From Candidatus Micrarchaeia archaeon (GTDB lineage Archaea; Micrarchaeota; Micrarchaeia; Micrarchaeales; CABMGC01), in NCBI GenBank assembly GCA_049964835.1, contig JBMFWW010000012.1:1-21270 (forward strand): a stretch of DNA of 21,270 bases, written 5' to 3'. Shown here one piece after another: positions 1 through 7,712 of the stretch. Positions within the stretch are counted from its first letter, which is position 1; the number at the start of each line of letters is the position of its first letter. The translations under genes were made by a program, and so were the position numbers. The notes under the pieces are model-generated. The model saw only the letters and a program-made list of their open reading frames with translations. It was not told the origin of the DNA and searched no databases.

Positions 1-167
1 ACCTTTTCCTTCGAATAATGTTTTCATCTGAAGCCATCATCTTTACAAAATGTATTACTACATCTTTTGCAGTTATATCTTTTAATAAATCCTATGTCTT
101 TTGTCTTACGTTTCTCAAACTTTATTATATTCTCTGATTTACAGTATACACAGATATCTTTCATCAT
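1..167 (-). pseudogene. Degenerate IS transposase N-terminal Zn-ribbon fragment (IS6/IS1-like), interrupted by an in-frame TGA and running off the window
   Basis: Manual translation from ATG at 167 gives MMKDICVYCKSENIIKFEKRKTKDIGFIKRYNCKRCSNTFCKDDGFR*KHYSKEK. The CxxC...RYxCKxC...F pattern is typical of IS transposase zinc ribbons. The TGA at 24-26 probably replaced TGG (GFRWKH), and the frame stays open after it. Not in the ORF track. Confidence 0.7.
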
Positions 168-213
168 GTAGTCGCCAAAACTACTATGAAAGACATCTAC
201 TTATTATCAACCG

Positions 214-230
214 TATTTAGGGATAGTGCC
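214..230 (-). mobile_element. Putative terminal inverted repeat (left end) of an IS6-family-like element
   Basis: Minus strand reads GGCACTATCCCTAAATA, pointing toward the transposase fragment about 60 nt away. The GGCACT start resembles IS6-family ends such as IS26 GGCACTGT. The partner end would lie outside the window. Confidence 0.5.
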
Positions 231-276
231 AGGATGAATGTATTTAAAAGAAGTAGATATTAAATACGATAAAGTA

Positions 277-585
277 CTAAACAGGTATATCGTATTTCTT
301 AGAATTATTAAGGTTAGGAAAAGTAACTGTTATAGAATTACTTGTTTTGTGCACTACAAGAGTATTATTTTGACCTGAGTTTGAATTTGAAGAGGAGGTG
401 TTGGGTAAATTTGAAGTTTTATTTATTTTTGTAGAGGAGTTATAAATTGTGGCCTTACTAAATGTTTGAACAGTTGAAGTAATATTTTCACTAGTTACTG
501 TATGTACTGGTTGTGCTACAAAATAGATAACTTCTGCTAAAAATATTATTGTAAGTGCAAATAATAACAGTAGTTTTTTGCCCAT
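277..585 (-). CDS. Hypothetical membrane-anchored or secreted Ser/Thr/Asn-rich protein
   Basis: MGKK followed by a hydrophobic helix, then an S/T/N-rich tail with six N-x-S/T sequons. GTGA SD lies 4 nt before the ATG. Confidence 0.7.
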   Translation of the reverse strand: MGKKLLLLFALTIIFLAEVIYFVAQPVHTVTSENITSTVQTFSKATIYNSSTKINKTSNLPNTSSSNSNSGQNNTLVVHKTSNSITVTFPNLNNSKKYDIPV

Positions 586-672
586 TTATTCACAATTTAC
601 TTATTCTTTTTAGATATATTAAACTTTGTATGACTTTGACATATTGTCTTATCCCGAAATAAATTATTAAAT

Positions 673-921
673 TTAATTCTTATCTTTATGTTGATTTTTC
701 TCATTTATTTCTAATAAAGTATTAAGCTGTTCTTTATTCTTAACATCTATCTTTTCGTTTATAAACTCTAAATGTTTTATATTACATTTCCTTTCTTTAG
801 GTCTAGAATGACTCATTATCATTACAAAACTTTTGTCTATGACCTTTGTAACGACTGCTTTGTCGCCAGAATCTCTTCCAAGTTTTTTCACACATACTCT
901 TCCTTCTTCTAATAATACCAT
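673..921 (-). CDS. rpl14e: 50S ribosomal protein L14e
   Basis: GRVCVKKLGRDSG.KAVV...ID..FV...R.CNIKHLE KOW-type signature; conserved position after cmk. Confidence 0.95.
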   Translation of the reverse strand: MVLLEEGRVCVKKLGRDSGDKAVVTKVIDKSFVMIMSHSRPKERKCNIKHLEFINEKIDVKNKEQLNTLLEINEKNQHKDKN

Positions 922-930
922 AATCTCACT

Positions 931-1494
931 TCATATATTGTTTTTTTCTTTGTATTTCTTAATTATTAAATCTGCCACTTCTTCAGGTTTTTTATTATCT
1001 GTATTTATTATCATATCAAATGGGCTTTTATCTACGCCGAAGTCTATTTTATAAAGACTCATATAAAGCTTGTGATTTTCCTGATCTCTTAATTTTACTA
1101 TTTCATTTGTTTTTGATTTTTCCATTTCGTCTCTGTCTGACATTCTTTTTGTTCGATTTTCTACACTAGCATCAAGCCATACCTTGAATCCGAACTTGAA
1201 TAGCCAAGGGGCAGTATAGCTTGTAACTACAACATCTCCTGCGCGTATCTTTTTCTCCATTCGTATATCTACTTCTTTGTCAAACTCTGGATTTCGCTCA
1301 CGTTCTTTAAGAAATTTGATACCATCTGGCGTGTCCCACCAGTCATTTCCAGTAGGTTTATAACCTCGCTCTGAAGCCATCTCTTTTAATATCTCTCCGC
1401 CACCTATGTTTTCTATTTTTAATAACTTTCCTATTATAGTAGCTACTGTTGTTTTTCCTGCAGCAGGTTGGCCTGATATCACTATGGCTTCCAG
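931..1494 (-). CDS. cmk: Cytidylate kinase (archaeal type); start probably CTG at 1494 (ORF track uses GTG at 1482)
   Basis: P-loop ISGQPAAGKTT, FDKEVD, KVWLDAS..NR..R, YKID...FDMIINT; lies between rpl34e and rpl14e as in other archaea. Confidence 0.93.
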   Translation of the reverse strand: MEAIVISGQPAAGKTTVATIIGKLLKIENIGGGEILKEMASERGYKPTGNDWWDTPDGIKFLKERERNPEFDKEVDIRMEKKIRAGDVVVTSYTAPWLFKFGFKVWLDASVENRTKRMSDRDEMEKSKTNEIVKLRDQENHKLYMSLYKIDFGVDKSPFDMIINTDNKKPEEVADLIIKKYKEKNNI

Positions 1495-1504
1495 AAGAAC
1501 ACCT

Positions 1505-1828
1505 TTAGTGAGATATCATTTGAAGAACGTATGCTTTTTGCTTTATGCTTATATCGTTTAGCTTCATCTCTCCGTGTTCTATCCTGCTTGCTGCTTTCAC
1601 TACACTGCTTGTACAGCTTGAGCACAAGACTCCTCCAAACAGTCTAGCATTTGTTCTTCTTGATTTACCTCCGGTCCTAGTAATTGATATACCGTTTAGC
1701 TCTGCTTTGCATATTGCACAGTGTGGAAAATTATTCTTTCTCCTAACGTAATGGATTACCTTCTTTCCTGATTTAGTAACCCTTTGAACTCTCCGTTTAC
1801 TTCTAGATCTTTGCATTGGTTTTGGCAC
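1505..1828 (-). CDS. rpl34e: 50S ribosomal protein L34e
   Basis: MPKP..RSRS.RR, CAIC...L.G, R.FGG.LCS.C zinc motif; GTG start 5 nt after a GGTG SD. Confidence 0.95.
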   Translation of the reverse strand: MPKPMQRSRSKRRVQRVTKSGKKVIHYVRRKNNFPHCAICKAELNGISITRTGGKSRRTNARLFGGVLCSSCTSSVVKAASRIEHGEMKLNDISIKQKAYVLQMISH

Positions 1829-1925
1829 TTTGACACCTTTTATAAATATGATTTATAAGATATTAAGCATTAGCTCAAATACTCAAACATACATAACTTA
1901 TATTAATAAAGTTATTTAGACTTTT

Positions 1926-2447
1926 TTACTGTGCTTCTTGTGTTCTTGCTACAATTGTATCTTCTTTAAATGAGGGTTGCATAAGTCCGAAGTTATATTT
2001 ATCCTTTAAGCGCTTTCTATCTCTAAGTGAGAATATTATTGAAAGGCATATTCCTGAAACAAATGTCACAACTATAAACAAAAGCTGATAATTTAATGTA
2101 AATCCTAAAAGATTTACTAATATTCCAGATTTTGAAAAGCCCATGGGAACAAGAAGATAGTATACAACTGCAAATATTGGAAATATTATTAGCATTGGCT
2201 TCATCTGAAGTTTCATACTTGACATACTTGCATCTGTAAGCTCCTTTTGTTTTGTGCTTATCTTGTCCTTTGTTGCGTTACTTTTTGTAAGCTCCATTAA
2301 CTCCTTTGTACTTTTATTCATCTTTGCTCTTAACTCATACATCTTGTCTATATTTGACAATCTTCTTTGCACTATTATTGCAAATATGGCATAAAAAATT
2401 CCTGCAGTTACGAGCTCTATCAAAAAAATATTTATCAAATTATTCAC
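1926..2447 (-). CDS. EMC3/TMCO1 (DUF106) family membrane protein, Oxa1-superfamily insertase-like; true start may be TTG at 2438
   Basis: TM helix, then a coiled coil, then MKPML..FP and two more TM helices; conserved position between adkA and rpl34e. Confidence 0.85.
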   Translation of the reverse strand: MNNLINIFLIELVTAGIFYAIFAIIVQRRLSNIDKMYELRAKMNKSTKELMELTKSNATKDKISTKQKELTDASMSSMKLQMKPMLIIFPIFAVVYYLLVPMGFSKSGILVNLLGFTLNYQLLFIVVTFVSGICLSIIFSLRDRKRLKDKYNFGLMQPSFKEDTIVARTQEAQ

Positions 2448-2454
2448 TTTTTAA

Positions 2455-3015
2455 TTATTTTCGAAATGACTCTTCAAGGGCATTTTTAACATCGGTCCTC
2501 GCTTCTTCTAATCTATCTTGTCTGTTTCTTATGATATATAAAGGTACGCCTAAATTGACAGCGTAATAACTGGCAAGACCCAAGTTTACTGTTCTGTGCT
2601 CTTCTATCTCTTCAGCAGTTTCATCCTCTCTTTTTCTTGTTTTATCTCCAACCCTTCTTAGAAGTATATCAACCGCTAACGCATCTAGATATATTATTGA
2701 ACGTACATCCTTCAACATTGAAAGATCTACCTTAGAAAATCCAGGAATGTATCTTTTGCCTACCTTTACAGATGTGTGTGTATCTATTATTGTATTTGTT
2801 TTTATAGAAGCTAGCTCGTTAAATACCTTTTCCCTTGATTTTAAAACTTCAGAATACTCCAATTTGCTTCTTAACTCATCTCTATTTATTGACTTATCTT
2901 TTATGTACTTCATCATTTCTGTTCCGATATTGAATATCTTATATTCATTTTGAAGTTTTGATATTATTGTTGATTTGCCGCAGCCCGGAGTACCTGTAAT
3001 TATTACCTTTGCCAT
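2455..3015 (-). CDS. adkA: Adenylate kinase (archaeal AdkA type)
   Basis: IITGTPGCGKST P-loop, RDELR, IIDTH, YIPG, RR..DKTR.R motifs; gene context. Confidence 0.93.
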   Translation of the reverse strand: MAKVIITGTPGCGKSTIISKLQNEYKIFNIGTEMMKYIKDKSINRDELRSKLEYSEVLKSREKVFNELASIKTNTIIDTHTSVKVGKRYIPGFSKVDLSMLKDVRSIIYLDALAVDILLRRVGDKTRKREDETAEEIEEHRTVNLGLASYYAVNLGVPLYIIRNRQDRLEEARTDVKNALEESFRK

Positions 3016-3041
3016 TTAATTCACAATATAATCTATAAGAT

Positions 3042-3070
3042 AAAAAATAAAATACTGCCGATTTGGCAGT
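3042..3070 (-). terminator. Hairpin plus U-tract terminator downstream of the thermosome gene
   Basis: Minus strand ACTGCC-AAATC-GGCAGT (6-bp stem, 3054-3070) followed by ATTTTATTTTTT, 8 nt after the thermosome stop. Confidence 0.6.
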
Positions 3071-3078
3071 TAAGTTTT

Positions 3079-4728
3079 TTAGTCATCCATACCAGGCATT
3101 CCTGGTGGCATTCCGCCACCGCCTGATGGACCTCTTCCCTTTGCACTTATCATATCGTCTATTCGTAGTATTGACGCTGACGCTTCTGTTGCACTTGAGT
3201 AAGCCTGTATTTTTACCTTTAATGGCTCTATAACTCCAAGTTTTTCCATGTCTCCTATAGTATTTTTGTATACATCTATTCCAAATGTTCTGCCTTCTTT
3301 ATTTTTGTGCTTTGTTCTTAATGAAACGAGTGTATCTATAGGATCCATTCCTGCACTATCAGCAAGAGTTTTTGGTATTACTTCTAATGAGTCTGCAAAT
3401 GCTTGAATTGCAAGTTGCTCTCTTCCACCAACATCCGTTGCGTAGTCTCTCAACTTCATAGAGACCTCCATTTCAATACTTCCTCCGCCAGTTACGTACT
3501 TTCCGGATTCTATTGCGCTTGACAATGCTCCTAGAACATCTGTCATTGCTCTTTCTACCTCGTCTATAGCTTGCTTTGTTCCTCCTCTTATGAAGATAGT
3601 GACACTTTTTGGATCTTTACACTTTTCAACGAAAAGCATCTGTTCACCAGATATCTTTCTCTCTTCAACGATTCCTGCAAATCCTAAATCCTTTTCAGTT
3701 AGATCATCAAGGCTTGTTACTAACTTTGCGCCTGTTGCCTTTCCTAATTTTTCCATATCGCTCTTCTTTACTCTTCTAACTGCAATTATTCCTGCCTTTG
3801 ACAAGTAGTGCTGTGCAACATCATCTATTCCCTTTTGTACAAAGATGACATTTGCTTTGCTCTTTACTATCTTATCAACCATATCTTTTAACATCTTTTC
3901 TTCTTGCATTAAGAATGCTTGCATCTGCTCAGGAGAAGTTATCTCTATTCTTGCATCTGTTTCTGTCTTTTCAATCTCAAGAGCAACGTCTAAAAGAGCT
4001 ATTGATGCATTTTTAAGTACTTTTGGCATTCCAGGATGTGCTATCTCTTTGTCTATTAGTACACCATTTATGAATGTTGTGTCGTCTATTCCGCCTCCTT
4101 CTTTTTTCTCTAGCTTTATGAAATCTCTATCAATATTTACTTTGTTGCCTTCTTTTATTGAAACCTGCTTTAGTGCCTGTATTGCTAACTTAGAAAGTTC
4201 TTTTTTAGTTGCATCGCTTCCTATGTTTTTAGAGCCCATTGAGATCATTGCTATTCTGTCTAATTTGTCCTCATCAGACATACTTATGTTTCCTGCCATA
4301 GTCTCTAAAACCTCTATTGCTCTATCTCTTGCCATTTCATATCCTTTTATTATAGAAGCTGGAGGTATTCCTTGATCTAAAAGATTTCCTGCGTGCTTTA
4401 GCATGTCTCCCGCCACTATTACTGCTGTTGTTGTTCCGTCCCCTACCTCTTTGTCTTGAGTTTTTGCTATCTCCACCATTATCTTTGCTACTGGATGTTC
4501 AACATTCATCTCTTCCAATATTGTTGCGCCATCATTAGTTATTGATATGTCCCCAAGCTCGCTTACAAGCATCTTGTCCATTCCTTTAGGACCCAATGTC
4601 GTTCTTACTATACTTGCAACGGCATAGCCCACAGCTATGTTTGTTCTCTGTGCTTCTTTACCTATAAGTCTACTTGTACCCTCGGGTAAAATTAAATACT
4701 GTTGTCCACCTAATTGATTTTCTGCCAT
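3079..4728 (-). CDS. ths: Thermosome subunit (group II chaperonin)
   Basis: [30 protein letters not shown] and a C-terminal [11 protein letters not shown] tail. Start refined to ATG 4728, 6 nt after a GGTG SD. Confidence 0.98.
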   Translation of the reverse strand: MAENQLGGQQYLILPEGTSRLIGKEAQRTNIAVGYAVASIVRTTLGPKGMDKMLVSELGDISITNDGATILEEMNVEHPVAKIMVEIAKTQDKEVGDGTTTAVIVAGDMLKHAGNLLDQGIPPASIIKGYEMARDRAIEVLETMAGNISMSDEDKLDRIAMISMGSKNIGSDATKKELSKLAIQALKQVSIKEGNKVNIDRDFIKLEKKEGGGIDDTTFINGVLIDKEIAHPGMPKVLKNASIALLDVALEIEKTETDARIEITSPEQMQAFLMQEEKMLKDMVDKIVKSKANVIFVQKGIDDVAQHYLSKAGIIAVRRVKKSDMEKLGKATGAKLVTSLDDLTEKDLGFAGIVEERKISGEQMLFVEKCKDPKSVTIFIRGGTKQAIDEVERAMTDVLGALSSAIESGKYVTGGGSIEMEVSMKLRDYATDVGGREQLAIQAFADSLEVIPKTLADSAGMDPIDTLVSLRTKHKNKEGRTFGIDVYKNTIGDMEKLGVIEPLKVKIQAYSSATEASASILRIDDMISAKGRGPSGGGGMPPGMPGMDD

Positions 4729-4934
4729 TTCATACACCTTTTTTATTAATTATAAAAATCCACGATATGATATTGACTATTTAATATATCAAAACCACAA
4801 TTATATATTACTTATAAAAATATTTAAAAGTTTCTTTGTAAACACTATATACACGCCTAACCTTCGTAGCTTACATATGTCATACTTATTGATAAGCTAT
4901 ATATATGAGAAAAAACCTATTTATATTGATTGTT

Positions 4935-6137
4935 ATGGAAATAGAAAAAAAGAGTGGGGAAAGAAATAGCAATTCAACTTTAAATATTATTAAAAAGCCT
5001 AAGACGCTTGTTACTGCAACTGTTATTGCAGCTTCATTAATGGGTGCATTAAGACCTTCTGAAAAACCTGCAGAGGCAAGAATAAATCCAATAGTTGGTG
5101 GTTTAATAATAGGAACACTGAATGGTCTTGAAGCCGGAGTAAATTATGATATAGCAAGAAATATAGGAGGCATTTATGAAGGATATGGATATGGCTACAC
5201 TCCTTATTGTGGAGGAATAGAAGGTTCGTATCCTGTTTATTCTAATTGTGCACCAGCGTATGTTTCTCCTTATAATGGATATAATTATGCACCTGCGTAT
5301 GTAAGTCCATATAATGGATATAATGATGCACCTGCATACGTAACACCATATAATGGATATAACAACGCACCGACATATATTTCACCTTATAGCACAGAGG
5401 GTTCTTATCCTGTTTATCAAAATTCAGCACCTGCGTATGTAACACCGTATAATAATACAGTAGGACCAACATCATATGCTGCACCACAGAGTACTGAGAC
5501 GTATGTAGCTCCAACTAATTACACAAATACAAATATGCAACAAGGATATACTGCTACATTATTTCCAAAGCCAAAGGTAGTTATGACTTGGCCTGAAAAG
5601 CGTGCTCTTGAATTGCAATATGCTATGAGAAACAACGCAATACAAAAACAGCAAGCACAACAAATAGTAAACCCTACGCAAATAGAAAACAATAATAACA
5701 ACATACAAGTAGTATCATTAAAGGTTCAGACTCCTAACGTAAAGAGTAGCAATGGAAAGTATATGGAAGTTAATGAAAGTATATCAAAGCAGGAAAGTCC
5801 AGCAAACTCAACGACTGTTAAAAAATATGTTTACAGATATGAAGATAAAAATGGGGAAGAGGTTACAAAGACACAGACCGTAACAAAAAAAGTAAGAACA
5901 TATGTAATTGAGCCTGCGTCGTATGAAAAACCTTCCGATTCTAATGCAGCTTCAGCAGTTTCAGGAAATATAGCATATGGCAATTTAATGAATAACAATG
6001 TTGTTGCCCAAGAAGTTGATAACTTAAGTTACATGCCAAAGAATCTTAATGGTGTTGTTGTAGATGCCGCAGTATTTTTAGGAATTGGAGGAGGAATTTT
6101 TGCTGGATTAACATTATTAAAACGTAAATCAGCATAA
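4935..6137 (+). CDS. Hypothetical cell-surface protein with signal peptide, Tyr/Pro/Asn-rich repeats and a C-terminal TM anchor
   Basis: Basic N-region, hydrophobic stretch and an AEA-like cleavage site; APAYV(S/T)PYNGYN repeats; C-terminal hydrophobic helix followed by KRK. The ORF track starts at 4905; ATG 4935 fits better with the TATA-like run at about 4898-4905. Confidence 0.8.
   Translation: MEIEKKSGERNSNSTLNIIKKPKTLVTATVIAASLMGALRPSEKPAEARINPIVGGLIIGTLNGLEAGVNYDIARNIGGIYEGYGYGYTPYCGGIEGSYPVYSNCAPAYVSPYNGYNYAPAYVSPYNGYNDAPAYVTPYNGYNNAPTYISPYSTEGSYPVYQNSAPAYVTPYNNTVGPTSYAAPQSTETYVAPTNYTNTNMQQGYTATLFPKPKVVMTWPEKRALELQYAMRNNAIQKQQAQQIVNPTQIENNNNNIQVVSLKVQTPNVKSSNGKYMEVNESISKQESPANSTTVKKYVYRYEDKNGEEVTKTQTVTKKVRTYVIEPASYEKPSDSNAASAVSGNIAYGNLMNNNVVAQEVDNLSYMPKNLNGVVVDAAVFLGIGGGIFAGLTLLKRKSA
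5220..5453 (+). repeat. Intragenic 39-bp (13-aa) tandem repeat nested within a larger duplication
   Basis: Units start at 5250, 5289, 5328 and 5367 (partial), with another copy at 5427. EGSYPVY is encoded at both 5220-5240 and 5397-5417. Confidence 0.9.
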
Positions 6138-6145
6138 AGTTTGAG

Positions 6146-6177
6146 AACCCTTTTAAATAGAGTAATTTAAAAAGGTT
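6146..6177. promoter_or_regulatory. 13-bp imperfect inverted repeat made of two opposed TATA-like elements upstream of the single-repeat TBP
   Basis: AACCCTTTTAAAT (6146-6158), a 6-nt spacer, then ATTTAAAAAGGTT (6165-6177); 12 of 13 positions complementary. Confidence 0.5.
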
Positions 6178-6193
6178 TGCTTACAATAATAAT

Positions 6194-6526
6194 ATGGTTT
6201 TTATGCCAAAATCTAAACCGACAAAAAATGTAGCTAAAATAGTTAAGATTAATCCACAGATAAAAATACAGAACATTGTGGTGAGCGCAGACCTTCATGC
6301 AAATATAGATTTATTCTCTTTGACCAAAGATGTCAAAGAGGTATCATATGAGCCTGAGCAGTTCCCAGGTGCAATATTTAGAATGAAGGAGCCGAAGGCA
6401 GTAATTATATTATTCAAAAACGGCAAACTTATATGTACGGGATCTAATAATACAAAGAACATAAAAGAAGTTCTAGAAAGAGCAGCAAAGATAATATCCG
6501 AGTACGTTATTGAGGGTACGAGTTAG
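6194..6526 (+). CDS. tbp: TATA-box-binding protein homologue with a single TBP repeat
   Basis: IKIQNIVVSADL...IDL, YEPEQFPGAIFRMKEPKAVIILFKNGKLICTG. Only 110 aa, ending after one repeat; its 3' end overlaps the convergent GT4 gene by 20 nt. Confidence 0.88.
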   Translation: MVFMPKSKPTKNVAKIVKINPQIKIQNIVVSADLHANIDLFSLTKDVKEVSYEPEQFPGAIFRMKEPKAVIILFKNGKLICTGSNNTKNIKEVLERAAKIISEYVIEGTS

Positions 6527-7661
6527 TATCTTTCTTTGTTTTTTCCAATAATATATCAAAGTTTTTGAAAAAGTTATTCCACGAATATCTTTTAATTACG
6601 CGGTTTCTGCCATTTTTACCTAACTCTTCAGCTAAAGCTGGATTCTGTACTATTTCGAGCATTCTTTTTGCCATTTCTTCTTCTGAGTTTACAAGAAAAC
6701 CGTCTTTATTGTTTCTTATAGTTTCTTTAGGGCCACCTTCATTTATTGATATGACTGGTTTTGAACTTGCCATTCCTTCGAGAGGGACAAGGCCATAATC
6801 CTCGTTCTTAGAAGCAAAGAGAACAGCAGTACAAGATGAATAAAGAGATCTGAGTCTTTCCTCGCTTGCATTTGTAATGAATTTTACATTTAAGTTGTTT
6901 GATAATGATTTTAATCTTTTTAAGTACTCTTTATGTTCGGGGTCATTAGAAAGAGTTCCTGCAAGAACAAGAGAGTATTTTTTATCGTTTTTTATGAGTT
7001 TAGAAAATACTTTAAAGGCTCTTATTACATAATCTTGTTGCTTGTTTACAATTATCCTCGAAGGATACAGAAAGTATCTTTCATCTCCTTTATTGTTAAA
7101 TGCTTTGTAATCTATTCCAGGAGGTATTACAACCGCACTTCTTGAAAAGTAAGTTTCTATTCTTTTTCTTGTGTTTTCACTGTTTGTTGCTATGTTGTCT
7201 ATTTTTTTTATCGTCTTTGATGCTATAAACTTGTAAGTACCAACCATACTAGAATAAAGAAGCTTGTCCTTTATAGAACGACCCTGCATGCGTACTTTAT
7301 ATAAATCATAAACCTCTCTAGGCGGAGTATGGCAGTACCAAAGAATATTTTTATTTTTATGACTTACCCATTCACTAGGAGATATATGTGGATTTAAAAC
7401 GTCGTAATCCTCTTTTATTTTTAAATTATAAAAATTATAGCCATAACGCAAGCCTTGCGATGCTCTGTAAGGTAGTATGTTTGAAAACGGAACCTTTTTG
7501 CCTATTATTTTTATATCTACATCTTCAAATTCTGAATACGTTTTATTTTTTTCATACTCTAATGTGTATATTTGTGCAGTATAATGTTTTGCCACTTCTA
7601 AAATAACCTTTTCTGCTCCGCCTTTAATATTAAGATAAGGTTGTAAAATTATCAACTTCAT
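6507..7661 (-). CDS. Glycosyltransferase family 4 (GT-B, retaining)
   Basis: GGAEKV, YCHTP, NS..T, SRI...KQQ, EDYGLVPLEGMASSKPVI (Ex7E), GGPKE; directly downstream of aglB. Confidence 0.92.
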   Translation of the reverse strand: MKLIILQPYLNIKGGAEKVILEVAKHYTAQIYTLEYEKNKTYSEFEDVDIKIIGKKVPFSNILPYRASQGLRYGYNFYNLKIKEDYDVLNPHISPSEWVSHKNKNILWYCHTPPREVYDLYKVRMQGRSIKDKLLYSSMVGTYKFIASKTIKKIDNIATNSENTRKRIETYFSRSAVVIPPGIDYKAFNNKGDERYFLYPSRIIVNKQQDYVIRAFKVFSKLIKNDKKYSLVLAGTLSNDPEHKEYLKRLKSLSNNLNVKFITNASEERLRSLYSSCTAVLFASKNEDYGLVPLEGMASSKPVISINEGGPKETIRNNKDGFLVNSEEEMAKRMLEIVQNPALAEELGKNGRNRVIKRYSWNNFFKNFDILLEKTKKDTNSYPQ

Positions 7662-7712
7662 AAGACCAATATTAAATTGCTGAAAAGGTATTTATTGATG
7701 ACTTTAATAGAA

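Noticed and set aside
24..26. Possible UGA-to-Trp recoding in the transposase fragment
   Set aside because: TGA is a normal stop for acdB and the Rpp30-like gene, and Trp is encoded by TGG elsewhere in the window.
3845..4375. 176-aa plus-strand ORF, and similar antisense ORFs such as 11558-12010, 8986-9294, 13213-13500 and 19350-19622
   Set aside because: They lie wholly antisense to well-supported genes and show the F/S/L/I-rich composition typical of shadow frames, with no recognisable motifs.
5250..5453. 39-bp periodic repeats as a possible CRISPR array
   Set aside because: The repeats are in frame within a CDS, vary at synonymous positions, lack unique spacers, and no cas genes are nearby.
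6527..6800. Second TBP repeat reachable by frameshift or readthrough
   Set aside because: The sequence is the antisense strand of the intact GT4 C-terminus; the 6565-6798 ORF has no TBP motifs.
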